DNA of 64,000 nucleotides from Adineta vaga (taxonomy: Eukaryota; Animalia; Rotifera), in the NCBI GenBank assembly GCA_021613535.1, contig CP075496.1, positions 9,672,001 to 9,736,000 of the forward strand. The letters run 5' to 3'. The translations under genes were made by a program, and so were the position numbers. Below the pieces are notes generated by a model that was not told where the DNA came from, did not search any database, and worked only from the letters and a program-made list of their open reading frames with translations. Shown piece by piece: positions 1-14,233 of this stretch (position 1 is its first letter; each line of letters begins with the position of its first letter).

Positions 1-177
1 TATGTAAAATATGTTCGTTTTTATTTCAGCATTCAAAACTTCTTTTTCAATTTGTTTCTTGTATCATAAAAAATAATCTTCATAATTATCAATATTTCAC
101 TTCAAAAATATATCATAGGATACATTCATATGAAATAGATACTATTTAACACAAGATCGTTTGTAATTTCGTTATAG

Positions 178-364
178 TTGGTTTTACCAAAGATTGATGA
201 ATGGTATTACAGGTAATTCAAGAATTGTTCCGATGATTACATCAATTTCAAAACTCTTAACAATTAAACTCTACAAACGTCCTAATCCACCGATAAGTAT
301 CAGTAGAGTCACACGATTTAAATCACTACCATCTCGATCAATCTTTGGTAACCCACGTAATTGA
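178..364 (+). CDS. probable terminal exon of a gene starting upstream of the window
   Basis: Acceptor ttatag at 172-177, then an open frame WFYQRLMNGITGNSRIVPMITSISKLL...SIFGNPRN* to TGA 362-364. No recognisable domain. Confidence 0.25.
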
Positions 365-669
365 AGTATTCTTTGTATCACGAAAGTAACTAAATATAAA
401 TAAATTATTACCTTTGTACAATATATTTCACAGCAAATGTATCAACTCGCGCACGAACAGGAAAATGAATGTTGTAAGGTGTACAACAGATAGCATGTGT
501 CAATATACTGTTTTTCTTTAGATTACATTCTGCATGTGACTGTACATTACGAAAACATGAAGAATTTCATTCTTTTCTCTTTGGATCAATATTTACTTTC
601 TGACATGTTACATGATAAATGTAAAAATCGAATGGTTTTTGCCGTTGTATAATCCATCGTATTAATAAA

Positions 670-2718
670 ATGGCTTTTTCCGTAAAAGATCGTTTAACTG
701 ATATACATGATCAAATTCAAGCCAATGTTTTACAAGTCCAAGTTCATCACCTTGAATGTCAACGGCTAACATCACGTATTGATCAATTAATTGATCCACT
801 CGAACGTTTAGAACATGCCACTTCAGTATTTATTCGAGAAGAAACACGTCCTCTTCTAGAGAATTTTCTTCAATGTCTTGATGATTGTAATAATTTCATT
901 CAGAAATTTACATCCTCTACACAATCGAGAGAAGATGTTAATGATCATCAACAATTTGATGAATTCAATCAACGTTTTTCTCAATTTGGACAAGATTTAT
1001 GTCTTGGTTTGAATATTCAAGAAGTATTCAATCGTCAACAAGATTCACAAAATTTATCTGAAAACATGAATCAAATTTCACAACAAATCTCTCAACAACA
1101 ACAAGAACAAATAATATGCATGAAACAGATACTTGAACAACGATTTCAATCGTTTCGACATCATTTCGAAAAAGAAAAACTATCTAATAAACAGGATTCT
1201 AACCTAACCAGTGTACATCATCAGACAGAGAATGAATTTCTTCATATTCCATTCAAAGATCTCTATCTCGAAGACAAACCTCTTGGAACTGGTGGTTTTG
1301 CTGATGTTTATAAAGGTATTTGGTTAACACATCATGATGACGTTGCTATCAAAGTTCTACATCTCAATCATTTCTCAGATGTTCAAACTGATCTTTATCG
1401 AGAAATGACAACAATGTCTAAAATTCGTTATGAACATGTCGTCACATTTCTTGGTGCATGTATTGAATCAAATTTTTATGCGATTGTCATTGAATATATG
1501 CCATTAGGTTCACTCTATGATATTATACACAAGAAGAATGAACAAATTACTTTATCATGGTTAGATCGGTACTCCTTAACATGGCAAATGGCTAAATCAA
1601 TTAATTATTTACATAATTACATTCCATGTATTATACATCGTGACATAAAATCGATGAATTTCTTAATCAAACAATCAGGATCGAATCAACATCGATTTCT
1701 TTTAAAAGTATGTGATTTTGGTTTAGCTGAAATACGTTATGAAAGTTTAAGTCACTCGAAATCATTCGAAATTGTTGGTTCATTAGCATGGAAAGCACCT
1801 GAATTGTTTACATCATTTGAAAACCATACAAAACAAACGGATATCTATAGTTTGGGAATAACAATGTGGGAATTAGTTACTGAAATGAAACCATGGAATG
1901 AATGTGCAGATGAAACATTGATTAAGATTTTGGTCCTAGAAGGCAAAAGACCACTTATACCAACGGAGATACCAGATGATTATAGACAAGCAATAGAGAA
2001 TGCGTGGAATCAAAATCCATCTAAACGACCTTCTTGTTTTAATTTGATGGAACAGATGCGTAAACAATGGATATTGATGCATGAAAGAGAACAATTAACC
2101 ACCGATCTAGTAAATATACATATTCAACAAACGCCAGAGTTAACGTCTAATTTAGAGTAAACAAATTGATTGAAATCTAGAATATCAATATATCTCGACT
2201 TTTTACTTCTAGTTCAACAAAACTATCAATGACAGTAGCCGAAGAAAATCAATCATCGGATAGAATATCTAATATTATTATTCCTGACCGGACATCGATT
2301 GTAGATGAATTAGAAATAAATACATCTCCAACTTTACAAAATCCGTCAAATAACTATCATTTCAATCGATCATTATCAAAATCCAATGAAGATCTCTCAA
2401 CAAAGTAAATTAATAATTTAAAAACAAACTAATAGATTTTATTCAGTTCGTATATTTTAATAGTGAATTATTGGCGGGTTATTCATTAAGAGAATCTTGG
2501 TTATCGAAATCATCGACGAATCCACGGTAATATCTCATACAGTATATTCGAGTATAGAGACATGTTTCTTTTTGCTTTTGTTTTACAGTCGAAGTATTGT
2601 TGGTCGATCGACAACACCATCGAGTAATAAAGATCTTCAAAAAATAATACAATTCAATCGACGTACCAGCTTTATTAAACAAGATGCGGATGATATATTA
2701 TTTGATAATAAATTCTAA
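670..2718 (+). CDS. MLKL-like protein: N-terminal four-helix-bundle domain plus TKL-type protein kinase (4 exons)
   Basis: N-terminus (VQVHHLECQRLTSRIDQLIDPLERL...LENFLQCLDDCNNFIQKF...FDEFNQRFSQFGQDLCLGL) resembles the MLKL N-terminal domain. Kinase motifs GTGGFADVY, VAIK, HRDIKSMN, DFG, APE are present. Phase-consistent introns at 2157-2212, 2405-2463 and ~2528-2588 extend the ORF to TAA at 2718. Confidence 0.8.
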
Positions 2719-3197
2719 TCACAAGCAATGCTATATATTGCTATTGAAAATCTTACTTTTCATCTATTTCGGTCACAACTTCAGCACATGTATGATAGAT
2801 TTGAGGGTGAGCGTGTGGGTTGAAATAAAAAGCCGATACCCACACCCACACCCTCAAGATGGTTGTCAGTTTCATTCTCTTATAGAATATTAAAGTATTT
2901 GAGAATATCATAAAAGTCGTTTGTATTGTATAGTCAACTATGTATTCATATAATTCGTATATATGCATCATAAAAAGAGTTACAGTTAACGGTCTATGAT
3001 ATGAAGCGGCAATTGAGTGCTATAAAAGACACGATAAAAACATACATAGAAGAATAGAAAGCACATGGTTACTGATAAATTTATTAATCGTACTTGTAAG
3101 ATAAGACATAGTTATACGAGTAAAACTATTCTTTAAGATTTTCTTCACACGAAAAAAAAGCAAATAATAATTAATTTTGTATCTTCATCTATAGAAT

Positions 3198-5595
3198 ATG
3201 ATGAGAATATCTTATATTTTTGTCATTGTTAGTTTTATTCATGCTATTATCAATTACAATATCATAAGTAAGTGAATGTGATCTAAATTTTGAATATCAC
3301 TACGTTCAATGCATTTATTATAGTTTTTAATTCATTTTGTATATTCTAGCGGGACAAAACGAAACTATTAATATTCCAATCCTTACTACAAACGTAGCAT
3401 TAGTAATCCGTATCAATTTCAATAGTGATCCATTAGTCATTTATCTTGGTAAACGTCTTCAAAATGATATCGATTATGCATCTATACCAAACTATAATAT
3501 CAATGGTGATTACACAGGTTTGTATAGTTCAGCTTATACGCCTAGTGGTACACGTAATCTACTTGAACCAGCTATTCAAGTCATTCATGCCGATGGAAAT
3601 CCATCTTTGGATTTAAAATATGTTCGTCATGAACAAGATACTAAAAAACAACCAAATGGAGTAACATTGACATCGATTTATCTTCAAGATCCAATCTATC
3701 CATTTACAGTTATTCTAAATTATAAAGCATATTATGATAATGATATCATTGAACAATGGACAAATATTAAGCATTCAGAAACGGGTGTTGTTCGATTAGA
3801 AAAATATAGTTCAGCTAATCTTTATCTTTCATTAGCACATAGTTACTATCTTACACATTTTCATGGTGATTGGGCACAAGAAATGAAACCTGAACAGATT
3901 CAACTCACTGCAGGAATTAAAACATTAGATACAAAACTAGGAACACGTGCTGATCTATTTCAACCACCTTCATTCTTTCTCGCAATGAATCGGCCTATCA
4001 ATCATGATGCTGATGATGAAGATCAAGGTGAAATATTAGCCGGAACGTTAGCATGGTCAGGAAATTATCAATTACAATTTGAAATTGATCCACTTGGCAA
4101 TTTACGTCTTCTTACTGGTATTAATCCATATGCATCAGAATACTATTTAACAGCTGAACAAGAATTTAGTACACCTAGTTTTTTATTTACCTATTCATTG
4201 AATGGTTTAGGTACAGTTAGCCGAAATTGGCATCGTTGGGCAAGAAAATTTCGTATTCCACAAGGTGAAAATGATCGTTTGACTTTATTGAATAATTGGG
4301 AATCGACCTATTTCAATTTTAATGAAACAATACTAACTTCATTGATGAAAGATGGTAAAACACTTGGTGTAGATTTATTTCTTCTTGATGATGGTTGGTT
4401 TGGTAATAAATATCCGAGAAACGATGATCGAGCTGGTCTAGGTGATTGGCAAGAAAATATTAAGAAATTACCACATGGTATTAATTATTTAACAGATGCA
4501 GCTCAAACATTAGGAATTAAATTTGGTATTTGGATGGAACCCGAAATGGTTAATCCTAAAAGTGAACTTTATGAAAATCATTTAGATTGGGTTATTAAAG
4601 TACCTAATCGTCCTGAATATTATTTTCGTAATCAACTCGTTCTTGATCTATCCAATCCGGCAGTACAAGAATTTGTTTATAATACTGTTGATGGTATGTT
4701 TACGAAACATCCAATGGTTGCTTTCATCAAATGGGATTGTAATGCCGTGATTTATAATGCATTTTCAACATCTAATCCACATCAATCTCATTTATATGTT
4801 GATTATGTTCGTGGTTTATATACTGTTCTTAATCGTCTACGAACAAAATATCCAACAATACCAATGATGTTATGTTCAGGTGGTGGAGGACGAGTCGATT
4901 ATGGTGCACTTCAATATTTTACTGAATTTTGGCCAAGTGATAATACTGATGGATTAGAACGTATATTCATTCAATGGAGTTATTCATTCTTTTTTCCTGC
5001 TATTGCAATGTGTAACCATGTAACCAATTGGGCAAATCAACCCTTAAAATTTCGTACCGATATAGCAATGATGGGTAAATTAGGTTATGATATCGTAGTG
5101 AGTAAATTGAACAGTAAAGATCTTCTTTTCAGTCAACAAGCATTACAAATCTATAGTCGTTTAAAAGATACCATTTGGCATGGTGATCTATATCGACTTG
5201 CATCACCATATCGATTGAGCAGTAATCTAGCATCATTAATGTATGTTAATGAAAAACAAGATCATGCTGTTTGGTTTTCATATTTAACTGTAAATCGATA
5301 TCGATCAGGTAGTTCTGGTCCTATTCGATTGAAAGGACTTGATCCAACAAAAAAATATCGTTTACAAGAAATAAATATCTATCCAGGTACCAATCATTTA
5401 CGTATTATCGATAGCAAAAATCTATCTGGAGATTATTTGATGACATTTGGTTTTGATCCAATGATAGATACACAACGTACAAGTGTGATCGTTGAATTTG
5501 AACTTTTAACAAATGGAGTAGAGGTTTTAACATGTTTTTTAAACAATGTTAGTCATCATCTTCTATTTGTTTTTTATTTATTTATGTTTTCATAA
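3198..5595 (+). CDS. secreted GH36 alpha-galactosidase (bacterial type), 2 exons, hydrophobic C-terminal tail
   Basis: GH36 motifs LLNNWESTYFNF, LFLLDDGWFG, FGIWMEPEMVN, FIKWDCN, CSGGGGRVD, WPSDNTD. Exon 1 (3198-3267, MMRISYIFVIVSFIHAIINYNII) encodes a signal peptide. Intron 3268-3349 (gtaagt...ttctag) is in phase. Confidence 0.9.
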
Positions 5596-5769
5596 ATATT
5601 ATTATGTAGAAGTGATTCTTATTTACAAATCAATTTTATTGTAGCAATAAAGATTATTTACAAATGAAATTATGTAAAGCATTGATACCAAGGCCACTTT
5701 TCATATCTTGTAATCACGTTTTTCTCAAACTGAAAATGTAAATCTTTAAAAGAAGAAAAAGAAATTCTA

Positions 5770-7541
5770 TTAATGCAGAACTGTACTTACTTTATGATTA
5801 TTAGCATCATTAATCCATAAAGATAATGTAAAGAAATATGAGTTATAGATATCACAAGTAAAATTGTTCATCTTCTTTCCATTTAAACGTTGTATATGTT
5901 TTGTTAACCATGAGTGTGTTACTTTTATCCGTTTTTTCTTATCACAATCATTTGGAACAGCAAAAAAATGACCACTAATCAAGTTTTTGAATTGATCGAT
6001 AAAAAATGGTATTTGCTTTTTGGAAGTAATACAAGCCGTCAAACGTTCGACACGTGGAAAAAAACCAGACCAATCAATAGAATCATTATCAAATAATTCA
6101 CCATATCGAGGAAATACCAATGTTCGAATTTGATTTAAGTTTGTACATGGGCAATGTCGAGGATAAGCACAGATTAAACTGAGATAATTGACACTAGGCA
6201 TCGCTTGTTTGATTAATTTCATAATTCTTTCAAGTGACCATTCAGGACTATTGACAATGAATGATTGTACTTTCGATAGATCGAGAGCATTCTTTTGAAT
6301 GTGATGACCATATATCTTAAGTTTGTCAATGTTGTTATAATGGTGGTGTGATTTATTTCGTTCAGAGCTAAAGATCAATTCAGTAATACGATTATCAAGA
6401 ATACGATATTGCTCGATTGGCAATGTGGTATGATCAAATGGTATTGATTCTCTCGAATGCTCGACTGAAGTTGGTGCGAAATATGGAACACTAAAGAGAA
6501 ACGATTGATGAAAATCGCAGGCTACATACCATTCCCTGTCGATCCAAAACGGACGACGAAATTGGTTTAATATATGTAAATCGAGAAGAAGGATGAAGAA
6601 TTTAAAATTAAATGTTTTCAATCGTGGTAGATGATTTATAATAAATAATTCCCATTGATAAGCATCAACTAGTTGAAGTTTCCCGGGACTTGGTATAATC
6701 ACTTCCAAGTCTTTTAAATATTGTAATGGAACAAGAAACTGTTCAAGATGACTACGCTCTATTTTTCCACCTTCAATAAATAAAAAAAAGAAAGAAAATA
6801 AATATTCGATATTATTATCGGTAAGAAAAAATATTTACAATTTTCTGTAATTGATAATGATAGAGAAGTGAGAGGAGGTACTATTGATTGTTGATGGATA
6901 TTAGTAAAGTAGATGAGATCATTTGGATTCAAGAATACAAAGGAAATTTTTAATGATGTAAGTCGAATAGCTTCATGAAAAATTCGTTTCAAGTAATTAC
7001 AAGGACAAATTGGTAGTGATAGTTCACGTAAATGTTCAAATCGAACGAGAGAAATGCCTAAATCTATATTAAACTGTGTATTTGGTGATGTATTGATAAT
7101 GAATCGTTCGAGTGAGCGAGGAGTTACAATCAATGGAACTCTGAATTTCAAGTCGATCTCAAGAGATTTTAAATGTGGAATTTTGTATAAATTTGAAAAA
7201 ATTAAATTCTCATCATCTTCTACTTCGATACATTTCAACGAACGTAAACAAGTAAATTGTTCCATTGAAAAAATCGATTGAAATAATTGTGATTGTTTTG
7301 GTGTATCTATATTATCCGATAGAACTAATGAATTCATTTGATCTGCTCGTAGTTGACATACAAGATCGAAATGAGATCTACGAATCGATGTTAAATTAAC
7401 CAAATAATTCTGATAGCTTAGTAGAATATTATCTAAATAACCATTAATATTATGAAACGCGTAGAGAATTTCATGGGCCCATAGATAACCAAAGATGGTA
7501 TGAAAAATTTCTATTGGAAGTTGTTGAAGACAGAATAACAT
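5770..7541 (-). CDS. F-box-like/LRR protein (bdelloid-type expanded family), 2 exons
   Basis: N-terminal LQQLPIEIFHTIFGYLWAHEILYAF F-box-like motif and LxxLxL repeats. Intron ~6771-6838 joins ORFs 6759-7541 and 5770-6708. Confidence 0.75.
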
Positions 7542-8695
7542 GAGTATCTAGAGGAAAAAAATTCGAATATTGTTGACTTATACGAAATAAAAAATGAACG
7601 TTTCTCGTTTGCGGCGCCATAGAAGATAACATATATATGACGAGCATTCTCCACGAAAAGATAATATTCATCTTTGACTAGGCGGTGATGATTGTAAGCA
7701 CTCAACATAATCAATAGAAATATCGGTGAACAAACATTCAATTTTCTAATCGTAAATGAGCTTTTTATTTGCTATTATCTATCTGGATTTATTCAAATAA
7801 TCAATGATACATTTTTCTTTAGATCGCAGAACTTCGATAGCCTACAAGAAAAATCTAAACTTATAGATTGCAAATAATGTTGTTTCGATATTAAATAAAC
7901 GATACATCACTAAAGAAGTTTACCTACCTTGTCTACTTGTATATCATCAATAGGTTAAAAACAAAGATACGTTTTATTACACTTTATATAGTTATTTACT
8001 AGAAAGGATACGATTCGTTCACAGTAGGTGGTATTAGTTATATGAGTCACTGTTTTAGCTTGATATGTTTTCTTGACATTTGCTCAAGTTTTACGTAGAA
8101 ATTCAGTCAGAATCTGTTAGCGTCGATGAAGATCGAATATTAATCTCATGTTACATTGAAAGTAAATGATACAATCGCATCAAATGCTAGATGGAAATTG
8201 CGTCTATTGGATTACAATCAATATTTTGAAAATCAGATAGATACTGTATCACAATCACAGTGATAATTCAAAGAGTTTCGATAGATTGAAAGAAAACAAC
8301 ATTTTTAACGGTCAAAGTTCTTGTAACTTTCGTCGAACATAGAGTGTAGTATATTCGATCGCTGTATAGTTTATTCTGAATAACTACTAGATAAATAGTA
8401 GAATTATTCCACCATGAAATTTAATGATGTTATCTTTACGACAAACAATAGTGGCAATTGTACATAAGCAATGATTACTCATAATTCACACGTTAATTAC
8501 GACGTCAAGGTATTAATCCATTTTCGAAAAAAGTATAGATATTCAAAATTAATATTTTACTATTTTAATTAGTTTCATTTTTTTAAGAAGTAACGAGGTC
8601 AATGTTTCTTCGAGGAAGATTATTTATCTATTTATTGAATATTTTTGATATTGTACGTGATGAAGAAAAGACGATAGAGTTAATGAACTATTACA

Positions 8696-11262
8696 TTATA
8701 CTATATACATTGCAAGAGATTGATCAAGAAGTAATATTAGATAGGATGATCGAAACATTACTGCATTGTTCACACTTCCTTCTAGACCAACGAAGCCTGT
8801 TGATAAACTGAAGAAACTTTCTTGTGAGTACTTTTTTGATGACCATTCTGTTTTAAATTGACAATCGAGAGCAATTTGAATAACTTTATCCTCATATATA
8901 TCGTGTATAACTAGCCATTCGCCACTGTGTACTAGTGATAATAGTCGACCATCATCCCAAGGTAATTCTATTCTGTTAAAAATAATTGGTTGTGCAAGTA
9001 AATCCAATGCATACAGAAAATTGTGTGAGCCGGCATGTATTAATATACCAAGTCTTTGCTGATTGTATTGAATACGAATTATTTTACGTTCATCCTTTTT
9101 GTGTTCCGTTGTACTCCATATTCTATCGCAATTCATTGTAGGAAGTGGTTCAGAACCAATAAGATCTTTTACGGTTAACCGAGAGAGAAAAGTAAATCCT
9201 GGTAGTGTATAGGCATACAAATAGTATGGATAGTAAGCTTCTACTGTAACGACAAAAAATTTCTCGCTTGAACATGTACAGGAGACGTATTGAGTTTCCT
9301 TTTGTTGTAATCGAACACATTGAATCAACGATAGTTGCATTGTAATTGGATCGAAGACATATGCTTTTTGCTTCGTTAAAATAATAAACTTTTGAAGACA
9401 TTCACACCACATCATATCCATCAGATCATAGTTAGATATGGACATTTTAACTGTTGATTTAATCAACTTTAGATTTTCATCGAACAGATGCAAATTACCA
9501 TTTCCACAAAGCAGCAAGAACTCATTGTTGTTACATATAATTTTTGATGGATTTCTGTTCATTTCTTTTGGAAGTGATCGAGCTTTAAACGGTTTTTGTG
9601 AAATAGATCGTAAATCCACAGAACGTTGAAGTGAAAGAGCTACACCTATAAAATATCGTTTTGGTTATGTAAATAAAGATATGAGAATAATACTATTATT
9701 CAGGCATTCAAAGAGGAATATAATTAACTTTCATATAAAAAGAATCCTATTTCAATATTTTTTTCTTGTATAAGCATTAGTAAGTGCACGATCCATCATC
9801 CATGCTAATTTTATCCTTCTATTTTTAAATAGGACGGTCGAGTCAATTTTTGAGACTCGATAAAAGAAACAAGCTGCAATGTATGATTATCTCTTTACTG
9901 ATATACTTCTATTAAAAACTATCAGAATAAATTGTGTATCTTTCATTCATTAGTTTACTTTAATCTTAATTGAATACCAATAGAACTATTTTAAAAACCA
10001 AACTAATATTTGCGATCTAGCACTATTTTTTGAACAATAAAGATAATTCTTGACGCCTATTACCGATTAGATACAAATCACTCATTTGAAAATACGTATG
10101 TGTCGACTAACTTCAATGATAATAATGCAATCTACCTGATGATTAATTTTTGAACTTACGCAGTTCTCCAATTGAAGAAATCTTATTATTAACATTAGTT
10201 GATTGTGTTGAAGCTACTTGATTATTATTTGCTTGTCTAACTCGATCATTATCGACGTTATGTTGAGAATGCATATCACCATCGGAACGTTTAGTAGTAG
10301 TAGTAGTAGTAGGATTACTAGTATTGCTATCATATAGAGAGCCCGTATTCGTCGAATGACTGTTTTGAATAGTGGAAGAACTAAATAAATATTATACAGT
10401 TATCTTATATATCTACCGACAAATGGATCATTATAGGTGCTCAGTCATGTCATATATCAGTATGACTGCTAGTATGAAACTTCAATTTTCTCTCAACTAT
10501 GTTCAGAGAATACGATGAACGACATTCAGTTTAGACTTGAAAGGTGATGAAGTGACGGCATGTGATTCTTGTATATTGTATAACTTACCTCTCTTTATTT
10601 CTACTAGATGTATCTTCTTCTTTTAAATGAACAATAAATAAACTATTTTTAAAGTTTAATGGTTTCGATAGCATACGAATACAACTGCCTGGCATTAGAA
10701 TGACTTCTTGTTCGTCTTGAAATGTTGAGAATATTGTAATATCTCTAGCATTCGTTGTTTCAATTGTAAATATAGTCCCTAACTCTCCTATATAATATTC
10801 AACAACATTTAGTGCCTTTGAACACGAGTTCATACTCCACCAAATTTGCATGTTACCATCAGAAAACCCTGATCCAAAGTCACATGCAACACCTCGCCAT
10901 GCAATATTATTGTATGAAGATAGTTTCTCCAAAGCAGTCATAAATAACTTAAGAAAACCAAACCAAGGCTTTAAGGCATTTCGATTTTCCACGCGAAGAT
11001 ATTTGTTTAAAAGAGAAAAAAATGGTATCGGCATAGAATAAAGATAGATAGCTGCTGATTCGTCCCACGTTAAGACAGACGATTTTCGATTACAATTTCG
11101 TTTCGCAAGGTGGACATATTCTTCTAGACCAGGAACGATTAATTTAATTTCATCGACTGCTTGTTCTAACGACGTTATTTCAAGATGTTGATAACCATAT
11201 ATTGGACTTTGATTTCTACTTCGAATCTCCGAAAGAGTACTGCTGACAAAGCGATTATGCAT
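8696..11262 (-). CDS. R-S-E-type NAD:arginine ADP-ribosyltransferase domain, S/T/N-rich linker and uncharacterised beta-rich C-terminal domain (3 exons)
   Basis: ART motifs AWRG, WWSMNSCS, DEQEVIL. Exons 11262-10589, 10380-10160 and 9645-8696 splice in phase (ag|t, c|gt) into one frame. Confidence 0.75.
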
Positions 11263-12070
11263 AAATAGATAATTTCCAGGAATGTTACACTGTAGGATGT
11301 AAAAATATCTGTCTACAATAGTTGAAATATATTTACAAAAAAATTTATCAAAACCTTATTAATATGTTTCAGAAGTATTTTGAATTGCGTTTGTTTTAAC
11401 GCATACATATTATCGGCAAAGAACATTTGTATTTTCATACTAAACAATACTAAAAGTGTTGACGTGATAAAGTAAGTATTCATATGAATACTGACAAAAT
11501 CAACTCGTTTCCTTGTCTTCACATTCATGCTATGATAAGTAAAAGCAAGTAATTACTGAAAAAGTAAAATAGTATTTTTAAAATTGTCGTCTTTAATGTA
11601 CATAGTTTTCTAATTTAGAACTTTGTAATAATTCTACTCATTTCACTCAATTTTAATTCGTTGTATTAGAACTGTCGTCTACTGAAGTGAAGTTATTGGT
11701 TTATAGTTATCGGTCAGTCATTTCTGTTCTCGTGATTCTTCGAATTCATTATAAACAGGGCAAATACATTGTAAAACCTTTGAAATGAACACTAGTTGTG
11801 TACATATACGTTAGAAAGTGAGAAAATAAATAAACTTAATTGTGTTAATGCACATTTAGAACTACTAGTGGTTGATGATTAGATGACTTATATAATTCTC
11901 AGAAGCCATAGTATATTCTTCTTCCGATACAATGCAAATCTTTCGAATGATTTTATTTCTAAAGTTAACGTCTTGAACTTTTAAAATATTTCAATATTCG
12001 ATTAACAGATATATGTTTACAATTAAGAAACTAGACATATATATATATATAGCTAGATGAAGGTGTAAAA

Positions 12071-14233
12071 TTATTGTTTCTTGTTTGAACGATCTTCATA
12101 TAAAGAAGTAATGATCGATTGAAAATGATTCCGAGCATTGGCTCGTCGTGTTTTTAATGTAACTGTTAAAAGTCCATTGTTTTGTGAGAATAATTCCGGA
12201 TGCAAATAAATATTACTTAATGTTTCATATGGTTTCAGTCGATATTTTTCTGCTAATTGATTTAAGTCATCTAGAATAATTTTTTTCAGTTGTGTGTCTT
12301 TACATAACTCAGGAAATGAAGTAATAGAAGAAGTTGATTTAAATTGTTTTCGTACATATTCTTCATCAGGTATAACAATAGCAACAATTGTTTCTTCGGA
12401 TGAGAGTCCATCGACAAATATCTGTGCAACCCATCGAGAACGTATATAGACATCTTCAAGACGTTCTGGTGCAATATATTTTCCTTGACTTAACTTGAAT
12501 ATATGTTTTGTACGATCAATAATACGTAATGCACCATTATTTGTCCATTCACCAACGTCACCAGTATGTAACCAGCCATCTTTATCAATAGCTTCTCGTG
12601 TTTTTGCTTCATCACCAAAATATCCTATCAATAACAATGAAACAATGAAAATACTCGAATGTTCTTATACTTGAATAGAATATGTTACCTTTAAAAACTG
12701 TAGGTCCACGAATACAAACTTCACCTTGATTATTTTCGCTTCGATAATTCGTACCAGGCACATCCACTAATTTCATTTCTACTGTTGGTACTGGCGAACC
12801 AATTGTTCCATAGGACATATCCGTTGGATGAGTACTTGTTCCAGCACCTGCTGATTCTGTTTGTCCATATCCTTCCATAATAGGTATATCTAAAGCAATA
12901 CGAAAAAAATGCATAACATCGGGAGTAATCGGTGCGGCACCCGTTATCATTGCTTTCAGTTCATCACCAAATAGATTTTTGACTTTACGAAAAGCAATCT
13001 GTGATAAAAAGGATGGTTGTTCACGTAATGCTTGTTGTACAAGAATTCGTTTCATTAGACTCTTGTTAACTTCAGTCATGATGGCATCATAAACTTTATT
13101 TAAAACACGTGGTACAACAGAAGCTTGTGTAGGTTTTACGATTGATAAATATATAGGAAGTTTTTCTGGTAGTGGGCAAAAAACAATTTGTGTGCCACTA
13201 AGTAAACCTTGTAAAAGTATAAATCGTTCATATATATGAGCCATGGGTAAAAATGAACAATGTCGTTCCGTAATTGGTTTGATGATATTTGCTTGATTTA
13301 AACGAATAAGATGACCTTTTGCAGTTGCTAAAAGATTTTCATGAGAAAGCATAGCAATTTTGGGTTCTCCTATTAAAGAAAAAAACAGCAACGAATACAC
13401 TGAATATTAGTATTGTAGATCTCTGCTTGAAATTTACCTGTTGTGCCACTCGTAAGAATATATGTAGCAATACTTTCGGGATCAACATATGGACGTTGTT
13501 GTAGATCCGTACTCTTTATAGAATTGTATATGTTGGAAAGCGATCGAATTTTATTATTATTATTGTCATTGATTTCGTCTAAGACAATGATTTCTTTCAC
13601 ATGATTATTATTCAATAATTCATTTTGAAAAGATTTAATACGCTCTAAATTATCGATAACTAATACATCTGCTTGTGTTCGTTTAAGAACATTTAAAATT
13701 GTTGCAGTATCATAAGTTGTATAAAGACTAATGACAACAAATCCATACATATAAGAACCTTGTTCAACAAATAAATATTCAGGTCGATTTGATGATAAAA
13801 ATACTACTTTAGATTTCATAGGTATAAGTTTCGTTTTCGTCCATAAATATGAACCGATATATTGACTTTGTTCCATAACTTTTGAATATGATAACCATTG
13901 TAATGAATCTGTTCCATTTGTTGATTTAACAGTTCCAATACAAGATCCATCTTTCGAAGCTAAATAACCTTCTTGTAAAGCATCACCCAATGTTCGAACT
14001 TCAGGACAAATTGCTTTGTAGAATGAATAGAGATCAACATCTTTATACAATATACATCGACGAATACGTTCAGTACAATCGATTTCAACTGTTTGTTGTT
14101 TTAGATTTATTCCGTCATTATAAAATCGTTCAATACGGCTTCTGTATGAGAATGATTTGGTTTGAATACATGGAACTATATGACGTACGAAAACAATTTG
14201 TGTTGTTCGTGATTTTAAGATAGTTTGAAACAT
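12071..14233 (-). CDS. ACSL: long-chain fatty acyl-CoA synthetase, 3 exons
   Basis: YILTSGTTG|EPK AMP-binding motif, SFLPMAHIYE, GYGQTES, GWLHTGDVG, IIDRTKHIFKLSQGKYIAPE. Introns 13437-13370 and 12688-12625. Confidence 0.92.
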
